Assembly: GCA_002794465.1 (NCBI GenBank)
Contig: MTSL01000146.1
Coordinates: 1-32,000, forward strand
Direction: 5' to 3'
Origin: Paramicrosporidium saccamoebae KSL3
Taxonomy: Eukaryota > Fungi > Cryptomycota
DNA: 32,000 bases
In this document: positions 18,994-29,629 of the stretch, piece by piece
Layout: each line of letters opens with the position of its first letter
Numbering within the stretch: the stretch's first letter is position 1
The notes under the pieces: model-generated
The model's input: only the letters and a program-made list of their open reading frames with translations
Database searches by the model: none
What the model was told of the DNA's origin: nothing
Made by a program: the position numbers and the translations under genes

Positions 18994-19941
18994 ATGACCG
19001 TTGCCACTATCCTCCCCTCTAACCTGAAAAAGCAGCTGCGTGACGTAACCCGCCTGCTCTCACGGCCCAACCTATCCGCAGACATCCGCCAACAACAGGA
19101 GCGTAAGCTACAGCACATCAACAGTTTGGTGCAAGAGCGCACTGTGGAGGAGAAACAGCGCAAAATGCGCTCCAAGTACGCCAAGGTGCGATTCTTTGAG
19201 AGCACCAAAGCACGTCGCCATCTCCGTCAGGCCGCAAAGGCGTTGGTCGCTGAACCGACTGAGGAGAATTTGCAAAAGTGGATGGAGGCCAAGAGGGACG
19301 TGATCTATGTCCAGGCCTTCCCTGAGACTTCCAAATATATCAGTCTCTTCCCAAGCACGCCCCTTACTGAGGAAAAGGTTCTTGCCAAGCGCACTCAGAT
19401 TCGCACCGAATTGGCGGAGAGGAACGACTTTGCCACCTCTCTGCGTCTGGACGATGCTGTAGCCATGGCCCGTGCTGAGCTTAACGCCGAAGCGCCAAGC
19501 AAAGTTGACCAGGAAACTGCTGAAGCTGTTGAAACGTCAGAGTTGAAGCTGAGCATGGCCCTTGCACCCGGTAGTGGACGTGGTCGTGCTGACGATGACG
19601 AGGAAGATGATGAAGAAGATGAGGAAGATGATGAAGAGGATGACGAAGAAGAGGAAGATAATGACAACGACAATGACAATGACGATGAGGACGGAGTGTC
19701 TGGTGATGACGGCGAGGAGGATGATGACGAAGATGACGACGAGGGTGAAGACGACGAGTCTGACGATGAAGATGATGATGACGAAGATGACGACGACGAG
19801 TCTGATGACGATGAAGATGATGATGAAGATGACGAGGAAGAGTCATACTACGATTCTGACGATTCTGATGATGGCGAGGAAGCCGAAGGCAGTGATGACG
19901 ATGAGAAAGATGAACCTCGCAAGAAAGCTCGTCATAACTAA
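18994..19941 (+). CDS. EFG1: rRNA-processing protein Efg1 with long acidic tail
   Basis: LKKQLRDVTRLL, ERKL, KYAKVRFFE, YVQAFP...KYISLFP typical of Efg1; D/E tract at 19591-19914. Confidence 0.88.
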   Translation: MTVATILPSNLKKQLRDVTRLLSRPNLSADIRQQQERKLQHINSLVQERTVEEKQRKMRSKYAKVRFFESTKARRHLRQAAKALVAEPTEENLQKWMEAKRDVIYVQAFPETSKYISLFPSTPLTEEKVLAKRTQIRTELAERNDFATSLRLDDAVAMARAELNAEAPSKVDQETAEAVETSELKLSMALAPGSGRGRADDDEEDDEEDEEDDEEDDEEEEDNDNDNDNDDEDGVSGDDGEEDDDEDDDEGEDDESDDEDDDDEDDDDESDDDEDDDEDDEEESYYDSDDSDDGEEAEGSDDDEKDEPRKKARHN

Positions 19942-20084
19942 GAGTTGAATAAAATTTCGAGATTGTTTTACCTGAGCTTTGAGAAGAGCATAACACGACG
20001 ACACGGTTCCAAGCTAAAAGTTGAGATTGTCCCCTCCGATACTAATGTCATGATAGTAGCCGTTGGACCCTGCCCTGGTAGCCA

Positions 20085-21983
20085 ATGACTGAACAAGTTG
20101 CAGAGTCTGCGCCCGTTATGGAGAGTGCCCCTAAAAAGTCAAGAACCGACGGATATGTACACTACGATGATATTAAGAGAGAAAATGCAGTGTTGGAAGA
20201 TTATTATCGACGCCAAGAAATTATTCCGGACGAGGAATGGCCCCAGTTTCTGGCCGTTTTGGGACAAAATTTGCCCATTACGTTTCGTCTGACTGGTCAT
20301 CGTGACGAAGCTGCATCCATCAACCGTCAGCTCCACGACGTCCTCCTCCCAACTCTTGGGACTGCAGCTCGCTCTTTGCCTTGGTATCCAGAGGGATATG
20401 CCTTTCACTTGGATACGGATCGCAAGTCGATGCGCACGCAGGAAGGCTACTCGGCCTTTCATAAATGGCTAGTTGCAGCCACTGAAAATGGAGACATTAG
20501 TAGACAAGAGGCAGTCAGTATGGTGCCTCCGTTGTTGATGGATATCAAGGCGGAGCATTTGGTATTGGACATGTGTGCTGCCCCAGGATCAAAGACGGCA
20601 CAGCTCGTAGAGTATATGCATGCAGACGCACAAAAGATGGACGTTGAGGCTACCGGATTGGTCATTGCCAATGATTCTGATCAACAGCGCGCATATTTAT
20701 TATACCATCAGGTAAAGAGAATTCTGTCGCCAGGCCTGCTGGTCGCCAACAATGACGGTACCTCATTCCCCACACTGGTTGCAGCGGCCAATGGGAACTT
20801 TGAGCGCGTCTATTTTGATCGTATCCTGGCTGATGTCCCATGTAGTGGCGATGGAACCCTAAGAAAGAATGCCAACTTGTGGAAAACTTGGACACCCCAT
20901 CTGGCACTTGGTCTGCATCCCCTGCAGATTCGACTTTTGGATAAGGCAGTGAGATTGCTAAAAGTTGGTGGTAGACTTGTGTATTCTACGTGCAGCATGA
21001 ATCCCGTCGAGAATGAGGCAGTACTTGCGTACATTCTGCATCAATACTCCCATGCTCTCCATCTGGTCGATGTTTCTTCTGATTTGGCTGGCTTGGAACG
21101 TCGTCCTGGCAAGTCCGGATGGAAGGTTCTTACCAAGGACGGAGCAGAGTATGAAAAGGCTGAGGATGTGCCTCAGGATCAACGAAAACGCTTCCCACCA
21201 TCTCTATTCCCAAAGCCGGAATATTCTCAGCTGAATCTGGACCGCTGTCTTCGCATCTATCCCCATTTGCAAAATACTGGCGCCTTTTTTGTTGCAGTCA
21301 TTGCCAAAACTGCCGATATTGATACTGTCGCAGCTGAGCCCTCAGCAAATAGCGCACCGCGTCCAGTGAAGAAGGGAAAGCGCAAGTTTGGTGTTCCCAA
21401 GACTGAAAGCGAGTTCCGTATTTTGGATCCCTCTAATGATCCGGTTCTCGACAACATTTTCGATTGGTTCGGTATTGATAAGGAGCGTCTCATCCAAAAT
21501 GGCTATGGATTCCTTGTCCGCTCGGAACGCGACCCCATCAAAGTCGTCAGTCTCGTCTCGCCATGTGCCATGCCAATTTTCAAGGCCACCGTGTCCTCCC
21601 ATCGTGTTGAGGGAGAGCAGGAATTGTACAATGGATCCCTAAAGATTGTGAATGCGGGAGTGCGCGCTTTTGAAGTATACGAAAGTAACAGACCGGTTCC
21701 AGTAGACTGTCCATACCGATTGCTATCCGAATCAGTGGCCATCCTTCGCCCATACATGAACAAGCGCGTCGTCAAAGTCGAAAAAGAAGTCATTTTGCAA
21801 TTGATTGACTGCCAAGATTCTGTAAAGATTGAGATTGAAGGGCTCGACCAAGGAGGTGCTGTTCTCGAGGCAACCAACACTGAAGGAAATATGGTATGCA
21901 TTCCCGTCTGGATCAGCGAACGAGGCATAAAAGCATTTGTACCGAATCCCAATCGACCTGCACTGCGTCTCCAATTGGCATGA
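20085..21983 (+). CDS. NCL1: tRNA cytosine-5 methyltransferase Ncl1/Trm4 (NSUN2)
   Basis: ISRQEAVSMVPP, VLDMCAAPGSKT, FDRILADVPCSGDGT, LVYSTCSMNPVENEAV, RIYPHLQNTGAFFVA. Confidence 0.96.
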   Translation: MTEQVAESAPVMESAPKKSRTDGYVHYDDIKRENAVLEDYYRRQEIIPDEEWPQFLAVLGQNLPITFRLTGHRDEAASINRQLHDVLLPTLGTAARSLPWYPEGYAFHLDTDRKSMRTQEGYSAFHKWLVAATENGDISRQEAVSMVPPLLMDIKAEHLVLDMCAAPGSKTAQLVEYMHADAQKMDVEATGLVIANDSDQQRAYLLYHQVKRILSPGLLVANNDGTSFPTLVAAANGNFERVYFDRILADVPCSGDGTLRKNANLWKTWTPHLALGLHPLQIRLLDKAVRLLKVGGRLVYSTCSMNPVENEAVLAYILHQYSHALHLVDVSSDLAGLERRPGKSGWKVLTKDGAEYEKAEDVPQDQRKRFPPSLFPKPEYSQLNLDRCLRIYPHLQNTGAFFVAVIAKTADIDTVAAEPSANSAPRPVKKGKRKFGVPKTESEFRILDPSNDPVLDNIFDWFGIDKERLIQNGYGFLVRSERDPIKVVSLVSPCAMPIFKATVSSHRVEGEQELYNGSLKIVNAGVRAFEVYESNRPVPVDCPYRLLSESVAILRPYMNKRVVKVEKEVILQLIDCQDSVKIEIEGLDQGGAVLEATNTEGNMVCIPVWISERGIKAFVPNPNRPALRLQLA

Positions 21984-22050
21984 AGGTATGAAGGTATGAG
22001 GGTATGAGGGTATGAGGATATGAGGTCAGGAGGTCAGGAGGTCATGAGGG
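21981..22050 (+). repeat. 8-bp tandem repeat (TGA[A/G]GGTA drifting to GGAGGTCA) starting at the NCL1 stop codon
   Basis: tgaaggta tgaaggta tgagggta tgaggggta tgaggata tgaggtca ggaggtca ggaggtca tgagggtg. Confidence 0.85.
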
Positions 22051-22205
22051 TGTATTGGTGCGGTATAACGGCGTGGCATGTCGATAATATCTCAATGGTA
22101 TATTGACAAAATCTCAGTGATATATTGATAATATCCCAATGACTGATAATGTCTTAACAAAGAGTATAGAAAATACATTGAATTTACTTTGGGTTGCTAA
22201 AGTGA

Positions 22206-25200
22206 CTATTCCCATCCATCATCATCGTCAAAGATGATGTCAACGGGGGGCTTTTTGGTTGGCGTGGCATCATCCTGAGGCGTATGGAACCCTTCATCAC
22301 CCAATTCCACTGGCTCGACATTGTTGAATTCATCTTTCTCCTCTGACTCGGCTGGTTCGACTGGTTCGACGGATTTGAATTTGAGAGAGGGGTAATCTTC
22401 AAGATGCTTTTCAGGGTGCTCTTCAAGATGCTCTTCAGGGTGCTCTTCAAAATGCTCTTCAGGGTGCTCTTCAAGGTGCTCTTCCTCCAGCTCCTGGATA
22501 GAGAGTCCTTCTAATCCACGAGATGGTGGCGCATTGGGGTCTTCTCGTGACTCGGAAATGGAAATCGAGGCAAGATCATCAAGATCATCGGCGCGAATGG
22601 AACCATTCCCCACATTAACCTCCATGGACATGTGGTCGGAAAAGGCCGTCTCATAGGGACTGATTGGAGGAGGGGCGTAACTGGAACGGCTCAAATCACT
22701 AGACGAGACTTCTAAGAGAGGCGCAGGCGCTTCAAACGATACTGATCGAGACTTTGCCGAATCATAGCCGCCCCTTGCAGAACGGGAAGTGTCCTCTACG
22801 GCAATGGCATCGGTGTACTCGGGGAACAATTCGGGGTTAGCAAATGGCTCAGCAATAAATGTGGCCGCGCGATGCTTCTTTGCGGCCAATTGCTGTCGCC
22901 AAAGGGAAACGGCTCGATCAACGCCGCTGGGGAGATATGTTCTTGCAAAAAGGGCAGCTTCAGGATATCTCTCCGTCTTGATGAGCAGTTCGAGGCATTC
23001 CTCCCGTTTTCCCGTCACAAAATAGCAGGTAAAGGCAATGTTAAATTGTGCACTTTCCACAGCCATTGACCCCAGGGTCAGCAGACCATTGGCGTTCCCC
23101 GACGAGGAGTACAACAACAGCAAACTCTCCAAGTCGCCACTCTTGAGGTAGCACTTTTCAGCCAAGGCAGTCTTCCACTCTGCAAGAGCCAAATCTCCAA
23201 GCTCGCGCCATTTATGAAGCGACTCGCTGTGGGACACCAACTCGTATGCCAAATCAAGCATTTTTAGCTGAACTGCCAACTCGAATTTGAAATCCGTCTC
23301 TGTCGCCAAATCCAAGGCAAGGTTCTTTAGGCCTCGGCTATCCAAAAAATGTGCAACTCGGTTTAGCTGATCAGAGGGAATCGATCCCACTAGTGCTTGG
23401 GCGGCGGCCATGTCTCCCTTGAGAATTGCACTTTCGTAGGCAATGACATCCATGGACAGCGTGTAGGTAAAGGTGGCGGCATCCTTGTCGACCAGTACAA
23501 GACGGTTCTCTTTGGCTAAGAAGCCAACTAGATATAGAGGTCGCTCGGAAATTGCAATTTGATATGTTTGACCCCCGACAACGTAGCTGATCCGATTGCG
23601 CGAAGTGACATAGACGAAGCAATCGGCAATCCAGATTCCCGAAACAATCTTTTCATTCACCTCGTCCACAAATTCAAAGGCCTCCTCCAGTCCATCCTCG
23701 GGAAGGTACCCGTTGGACTGGATGTAGCTCTCCACTATATCATTGTTGAATTGGAGGATGTAGAGGGAATCTTCAGTGCAAATGGCCGCCTTTTGCGACG
23801 ATTCGGACCAAATTACACGCTTTGCATCGACATCAATGCGACGCACAAGCTGGCTCGAGTTCCAGTCAAAAAAGCAAAGCTGTCCTCCAGTACAGGCAGC
23901 ACCCAACAAGACTCCCCCGAAAATCTTTTCGCAGGAACTTGCGACTTTGATAGATGCCGATTCGACAAAATTTTGAAAGACGGTAATCTTTGAGAGAGAT
24001 TCGCGCACGGCATATTCGCTGCCACTCGGCAAAGCCCAAGCCAACTCTAGGCCCTTTCCAAAGGTCTTGTTGCGCCAAGCCAAGGCAGTGTAAATAATGT
24101 ACTCGCCATCACCGCACACGACAACAAAGCGACCATTAGGACTGTGCTGCAAAAGCTGGGGATAGACTTCACAATGGCCAAGCTCTTTGTTGGGCAGCAT
24201 AACACGCTGACCATCTGGAACAGGCTCATTCATTTCGACGCATTCCTCTAATGTCTGCTTAATGTTGCCGGTGAGAATTTCATTGTGGCGTGCCCAGATT
24301 AGCTTGCCATTGGAATCCATAGAGGCAGCGGGTTCTCCCTTACCCAATTGAAACACGACTGAGCCTTCGTCAAAGCCAACGGAAATCTCGGTGGAGCCCT
24401 TTCTAATAGCCAAAGCCCAGACGCGGTCCAGAGAAAAATTAAAGACGGCTTCGGAGCGGAATGTATTGGAGCTCCACACCTTGACTGATCCATCTTCACT
24501 ACCCGAAAGAATGAGGGGGAGATCGGGGTGGAAAAGAACGGCAGAAATGTTCTGAACATGTCCTTCCATGACGCGAACGCAAGATTTGGTCTGGTAGTCC
24601 CAGACACGAACGGTGGCATCGTCGGCGCCACTGACAAGGTAGGGACGCTCTCCACCGGAATAGTAGTCAATGCAGTTTACCCCCTTATCGTGCCCTTCCA
24701 AAGTATAGTTTGCAGTCGCAGAGCCAATGTTCCAAATCTTTATCGTCCTGTCCAGCGAGGCTGTAGCAAAAGTGTTGGTATCTTTGGGGTTAAATGTCAC
24801 AGCCATGACATAATGGACATGGCCCTCGTAGGTGGTCACGCAGTTCCATTGCTTTTCCCAATCCCACAACTTGACGGACATGTCGTCTGAGCACGACAGT
24901 ACGTATGGTCTGGTAGGATGGATGGCAAAACTGCGGATATAGTCGCTGTGGCCTTCAAATTGAGTCACCTTTTCCAGCGTATTGTAGTTGTAAACCCGGA
25001 TAATCAGGTCGTCGGCGCCAGTGATGATCCAATTCTTGCGAGGAATAAACTTTGAGGTGCGAATAGGCATGTCGCTGACTTCAATTGTCTTTACGACAGT
25101 TTGCGTCTCATAGTTCCAAATGGTCACGACGCCACTGTACAAACTGGCCAACATCCATGGCTCGGTGGGGTGAAAGTCGACACACTTGACGCGGTCCGAA

Positions 25201-25276
25201 TGCGCAGTCAAAAGAGTCTATAGAGTGAATATGGGGGGAAGGAAAGAGTTACTCGACGTTCAAGTGTCAGTCCCAT
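22206..25276 (-). CDS. SEC27: Coatomer subunit beta' (~1011 aa); exons 25276-25253 and 25217-22206
   Basis: HSDRVKCVDFHPTEPW, FEGHSDYIR, SPNGRFVVVCGDGEYIIYTALAWRNK. A 35-nt intron (25252-25218) restores an ATG start; the track start is TTG. Confidence 0.97.
22397..22485 (-). repeat. Coding 12/24-bp repeat EEH(P/L/F) x~7 in the Sec27 tail
   Basis: EEEHLEEHPEEHFEEHPEEHLEEHPEKHLEDY. Confidence 0.9.
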
Positions 25277-25376
25277 TGCGTCAAACGTTCTGATATTGGC
25301 ACGGGTTATTTAAAGAATAATTCCCGTTTGGTTGTGAGATTACAGTAAAGAATAATTCGAAATTTTACTCTAGTCG

Positions 25377-26197
25377 ATGCCACTCCCAAAGTCCAAAGCG
25401 TTTTGGGCATTTGCATCAACAGTTTCCATTTCAGTGGTAGCTGTTCTTTATGACCGGCAGAGGTTGAAGGCCGTTAGAAGCCGTTATATTGAAGAAGCAA
25501 CTGCCATGGGACTGCAGCCTTTGTTGCAAGCACCTAGAAAAGTTACGCTAGTCTCCTTTGCCAATGATAACATTGAGGCTCGCAAGATTAGAAAGCTTTG
25601 GCGCTCTTATGCCGTTGATCTCTTTACTTTTGCTGGATGCGATTACCAACTGATTGAATGCAATGCGGTAGCGCTGGATAAAGAGCTTGACAAGCGTCTT
25701 CCAGTGCCAGAGGGTGAAGCGCCACCCGAGGAAAAGACTATTGCAAAGTTGGTTACGCCGGATAATTGGATACGCCCTATGATGCTAGAGTGGATGCAGA
25801 GAATTAATGGAAAGAGCGCGCTGTTTCCGCTTCCCTCGGACACTACTGAGGCAACACTACTAAAGATGCGGCAGGAGATGCGACCTGAGCCAAAGAGTCT
25901 AACATTCTTTGAGGACGGGATTGTTGCCCTAGAAAGAAACTCTTATGGCTCCATGATAGACGGCGTAAGGGATTTCGATAGCGATGTAGGCACAAAGAGT
26001 GTGCCTCAACTGGGCTACATTCCTTGTGACACTGTTAAATCTTGGAGGTCGAGCATTTATTACGTACGATTGGGTTTGGTATTTTATATTTCTAGTTTTT
26101 CAGAAAGTCTGAATTGGCAGAGAAAATTGGCCATGCTACTATGGATGTTTTGCGTGAAAGGGTCCGTCCCGACGGATACCATAAGAGTTATCATTAA
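25377..26197 (+). CDS. TIM54: Mitochondrial TIM22-complex subunit Tim54 (~262 aa); intron 26064-26095
   Basis: LPKSKAFWAF...LYDR TM anchor, PRKVTLV, LWRSYA, AGCDYQLIE, LGYIP; the 32-nt intron restores IYY|FFRKSELAEKIG. Confidence 0.85.
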
Positions 26198-26215
26198 AGC
26201 ATTTTCTTTGTTCTC

Positions 26216-26991
26216 ATGGAATCATCAACGGAGCTACGGAGCTTACTGGTAGACAATGCTGTTAAATTTTTGCAGGATCCCCAGGTGCGCAGTAGTAGCG
26301 TGGAGAGGCAGTTGACGTTTCTCAAGAGTAAGGGTCTAACTGAGGCTGAGATTGATGAGGCTATGAAGCGGGCAGGAAGCCTGATTAGCGCGACTGGCAC
26401 TCCGCCGCCCTTGCCCTCAGGTCCGCCGCCAAGTCGAGCCATGGCACAGGCCAAGTTTGACTGGGGGAAACTTTTCCTTGTGCTTGCCTTCATCGGGAGC
26501 ACTGGGGCGGCCTTGTCTCAGACAATATTGGGGGTATGTTTGATCGGATTGCCTAATGCTAGAAATCGCTACTGGATTGGTGGAAGAGGATCAGAGCCAA
26601 AGTATCCGAATCGACTGGCATTAAGGAAGAGTTGGAAAAGATACGTGAAACGCAGGCTGCACTAGAAGTGAGTCTACAGAGTGTCGCTCAGCTACGTGAG
26701 ACGCAGGCTGCATTAGAGGTGAGTCTACAGAGTGTCGCTCAGATACAAAAGACACAGGCCGTGTTGGAGGCAAGCCTGCAGAATGTCTCTCAGATACAAA
26801 AGACACAGGGAACATTAGAGACAAACTTGCAAAATGTCAGTCAAAAGCTCACTGCGGACATTGAGGGACTAAAAGCCTCTCAAAACTATTTGTACCAGGA
26901 TTTGGTTCGTGAACTTGAGGATTTGCGCGAAGAGGCCATCGCCACTGTGCCAATCAACGTCAATGATGATCAAGAAAAGGTACAAGTGTAA
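26216..26991 (+). CDS. PEX14: Peroxisomal docking protein Pex14 (~248 aa); intron 26534-26562
   Basis: RSLLVDNAVKFLQDPQV...FLKSKGLTEAEID N-domain, TM segment (DWGKLFLVLAFIG) and coiled coil; 29-nt intron GTATGT...CCTAAT...TAG. Confidence 0.9.
26641..26844 (+). repeat. Coding 51-bp (17-aa) tandem repeat x4 in the Pex14 coiled coil
   Basis: IRETQAALEVSLQSVAQ / LRETQAALEVSLQSVAQ / IQKTQAVLEASLQNVSQ / IQKTQGTLETNLQNVSQ. Confidence 0.93.
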
Positions 26992-27097
26992 ATAATGGGT
27001 TATACCGAACCAGACAGTAAGGCGATAAAGGTCCTTTAATGTTTAACACCAAACCCTTATCGAATTAATCTTTGTCATAATCCCTGCTACGGCTGCG

Positions 27098-27911
27098 ATG
27101 GCAAACTACATAGACGTTGGTCAGCCCAACTCGACCTTATATATACAGAACCTGAATGAAAGAGTTACTCCAAAAAGTCTGTGTAGTCAGTTGAAAAAGA
27201 CATTTGGAGTGTTTGGAGAGATTCTTGACGTTGTCGCGAAACGACGTGTGGCCTTGCGGGGACAGGCTTTTGTTCTGTTCCGAGACATGGAGGCGGCTCG
27301 CCAGGCCATAGAGACCCTTCAGGGAGATAGATTATATGGAAAATCAATGGTGATCAAATATGCAAAATACAAGTCAGACGTCATCAGCAAAGCTGATGGC
27401 ACATATGAGATTGAGAGGCGTCGACGCGAGCAGGACAGGAGTAAGCCGTTGGGGATGATTCGCTTACTTTTTAGTTGAACGGTCGCGTCATCCCCGCATG
27501 ACCCGGAGACAAATGCTAGCGCAAATGGCCGCTAACCCGGGAATGCAAGGAATGTCAAGTTTGCCCATGGCCGGCTTGCCAATGCACATGGGACCTGGAA
27601 TGGGCGGATTTGGGATGAGTGGGCCTGGAAGTGGTCCCTCCCTCGGGCCTCAAATGGTGGGAGGAGAGCTGCAGCTTCCAAACAAGGTCTTGTACTTGCA
27701 GAATCTGCCGGAAGGAACTACTGAGAAACAACTTGTGGAAGTGTTTAAAAAATATCCAGGATTTGTAGAGATGCGCCTTGTGCCGAATCGTCCAGATGTA
27801 GCCTTTGCTGAATACGAGAGTGAGGCACAGGCGGTTGTTGCTCGCCAGGCTGCCGAAACACACGAAATTCAACCCGGAGTCAATCTGCGGGTGGCATTTG
27901 CACGTCGCTGA
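27098..27911 (+). CDS. U1A/U2B'' family snRNP protein with two RRMs (~259 aa); intron 27441-27474
   Basis: TLYIQNLNE...RGQAFV...YAKYKSD (RRM1) and PNKVLYLQNLP...DVAFAEY (RRM2); U1A versus U2B'' cannot be resolved by eye. Confidence 0.92.
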
Positions 27912-27939
27912 CCACAGAAAGCACAGTAGATAGCTATCA

Positions 27940-28016
27940 ATGTGAGCTGTGAGATTTGACTTTTGACGTTTGGAATTTGATACTCGACATTTGATATTCG
28001 ATATTTGAGCTTTGAA
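27940..28016 (+). repeat. Degenerate TTTGA/TTCGA ~7-8-bp repeat between convergent genes
   Basis: atttgac ttttgac gtttgga atttgat actcgac atttgat attcgat atttgag ctttgaa. Confidence 0.7.
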
Positions 28017-28116
28017 GGGCTATACATAAACTAATAAACCCTACTCACTGGGGATGCTCGAGTCAACCATGGCAGCTGTCTCAATGTGAGATGTGCTATC
28101 TATGGACTAACAAGCT

Positions 28117-28407
28117 TTACTCACTGATGACGTTTGGATCAATTTTTACAGATATGAGCCGTCTGTACTTTTCGATAAATTCAGTCCTTGTCTGTATTTC
28201 GTCTTGTACCTTTTTTCGGTCTTTCAGGGCGACAGTCGAATCGTAAGGCTTTTGAATATCTGGCAATCGGTTCATGTACTGTTCAAGAGTATCCATTTTC
28301 TGAAGTAGGCCATTGCAAACATTAAGTATCTTTCCGTAGTTGTTATGATTATCCAACAACTCTAGGACGTGAATAAGGTCAATGGTTAGCTCGCTATTAT
28401 CCAACAT
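28117..28407 (-). CDS. Small helical protein (~96 aa), possibly Mediator subunit Med9
   Basis: LLQKM...MNRLPDIQ...QDEIQTRTEFIEKYR resembles the Med9 pattern (L.QK...I..LP.I.....QI......L.KYR); ATG 28407, track start is TTG. Confidence 0.5.
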   Translation of the reverse strand: MLDNSELTIDLIHVLELLDNHNNYGKILNVCNGLLQKMDTLEQYMNRLPDIQKPYDSTVALKDRKKVQDEIQTRTEFIEKYRRLISVKIDPNVISE

Positions 28408-28581
28408 GAACAAGTGAGCGAGTGAGCGAGTAGCGATATATCAAACCAAGGCAAGAACTGAGGTTTGACGAGCCAAAAAGTCGGTACCTGACGAGTCTAC
28501 TATTTTCAAAAGTTGAACTGTAACGGACCAACGCTTAGTCTTTAAAAACTCGAACTAACAATTCACAGCAACAAAAGTTAA

Positions 28582-29579
28582 TTAATTGTGGTTTGTACCA
28601 GATTCTGCTAGAATAAACTGTACAGTTGCAGCCAAATCAAATTTGGGCGACCATTCCCAGTCTTTTCTGGCATTACTGTCATCAAGTATGTGAGGCCAGC
28701 TATCAGCAATAGCCTGTCTATGATCAGGCTTATAGTTAACAGACATGGTCTTTCCCGTTGCCGTTTCAATTGCGGCCCGTAGTGTTCCAGGATTGAAAGA
28801 CATTGCTTGAATGTTGTAGACGGACCTAGTCAGTCTTTCACGAGGCACCGACATTAGCTTGATTATGCCTTCAATACAGTCGTCAATATGAACCATGGGG
28901 AGCGTAGTGTCGGCACGCAGGAAACAATTATACTCGCCGGAGATGGCGGCACGAACCATCTCGATGGCATAATCTATCGACTATTAGTATTGCAAGACTG
29001 AAAAACCTGTGGTTCCAGTCCCAGCAGACGCATTGGCAGAGAGAACTCCAGGGAGTCGGATCGATCTAAAGTCGACTCCATATCGGCGATGAAAGTAGTC
29101 ACCCAAGAGCTCGTTGTATACCTTGGTCGTTCCGTACAGGAACTGAGGTGCCATGATGGTTGTATCAGAGGCCGTCTTAGGCGTATCAGGTCCGAATGCA
29201 GCAATTGTGGACGGGCAGAATAGACGGAAACGGTACTTTTGCGCCAGCTGCAGCATGTGGACAAAGCTGTCGACATTGACCTTTAGGGTTCTGACAGCAG
29301 CAGACCAGTCCTTCTCCGCTGCCCCAGATAGGATTGCAGGCAGATGAAAAACCCACTCGGGCTTATAGTCTTCAATAATCTTTTTCGCATTTTTCATAAT
29401 GGTAATGTCACTTTGTTCAAACGTGCCAATGTGTTCCGGACCGGTGGCAGAAATGTCCACTCCAACCACAGTGGCGCCTTTGAAGGCTTTGCTCAAGGCT
29501 GTCCCAATTTGACCGTTGCATCCTACAACGTCATCGTATGTGAAGGTGTGCCTGTGATCAGAACTCGAGATGGCGTCAT
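28582..29579 (-). CDS. TDH: L-threonine 3-dehydrogenase, extended-SDR type (~311 aa); introns 29551-29523 (GC-AG) and 29006-28974
   Basis: After splicing: MTPSRVLITGCNGQIG, FHLPAILS, PSTIAAFG, YGTTK, YGVDFRSIRLPG, GTGTT|DYA, DSWP...DDSNARKDWEW. Confidence 0.92.
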
Positions 29580-29629
29580 TTAGCACTGCAATAAGGACAG
29601 GGGGAGTAGGAGTAGAGTCGGGGTTTATT
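29580..29629. promoter_or_regulatory. Putative 50-bp bidirectional promoter/5' region shared by TDH and KBL
   Basis: Entire space between divergent ATGs at 29579 (-) and 29630 (+); purine-rich GGAGTAGGAGTAGAGTCGGGG. Confidence 0.55.

Noticed and set aside
7936-27911. Functional cluster of splicing genes (PRP4, CDC40, U1A/U2B'') and ribosome-biogenesis genes
   Set aside because: They are not adjacent, and such genes make up a large share of a reduced genome, so chance is sufficient.
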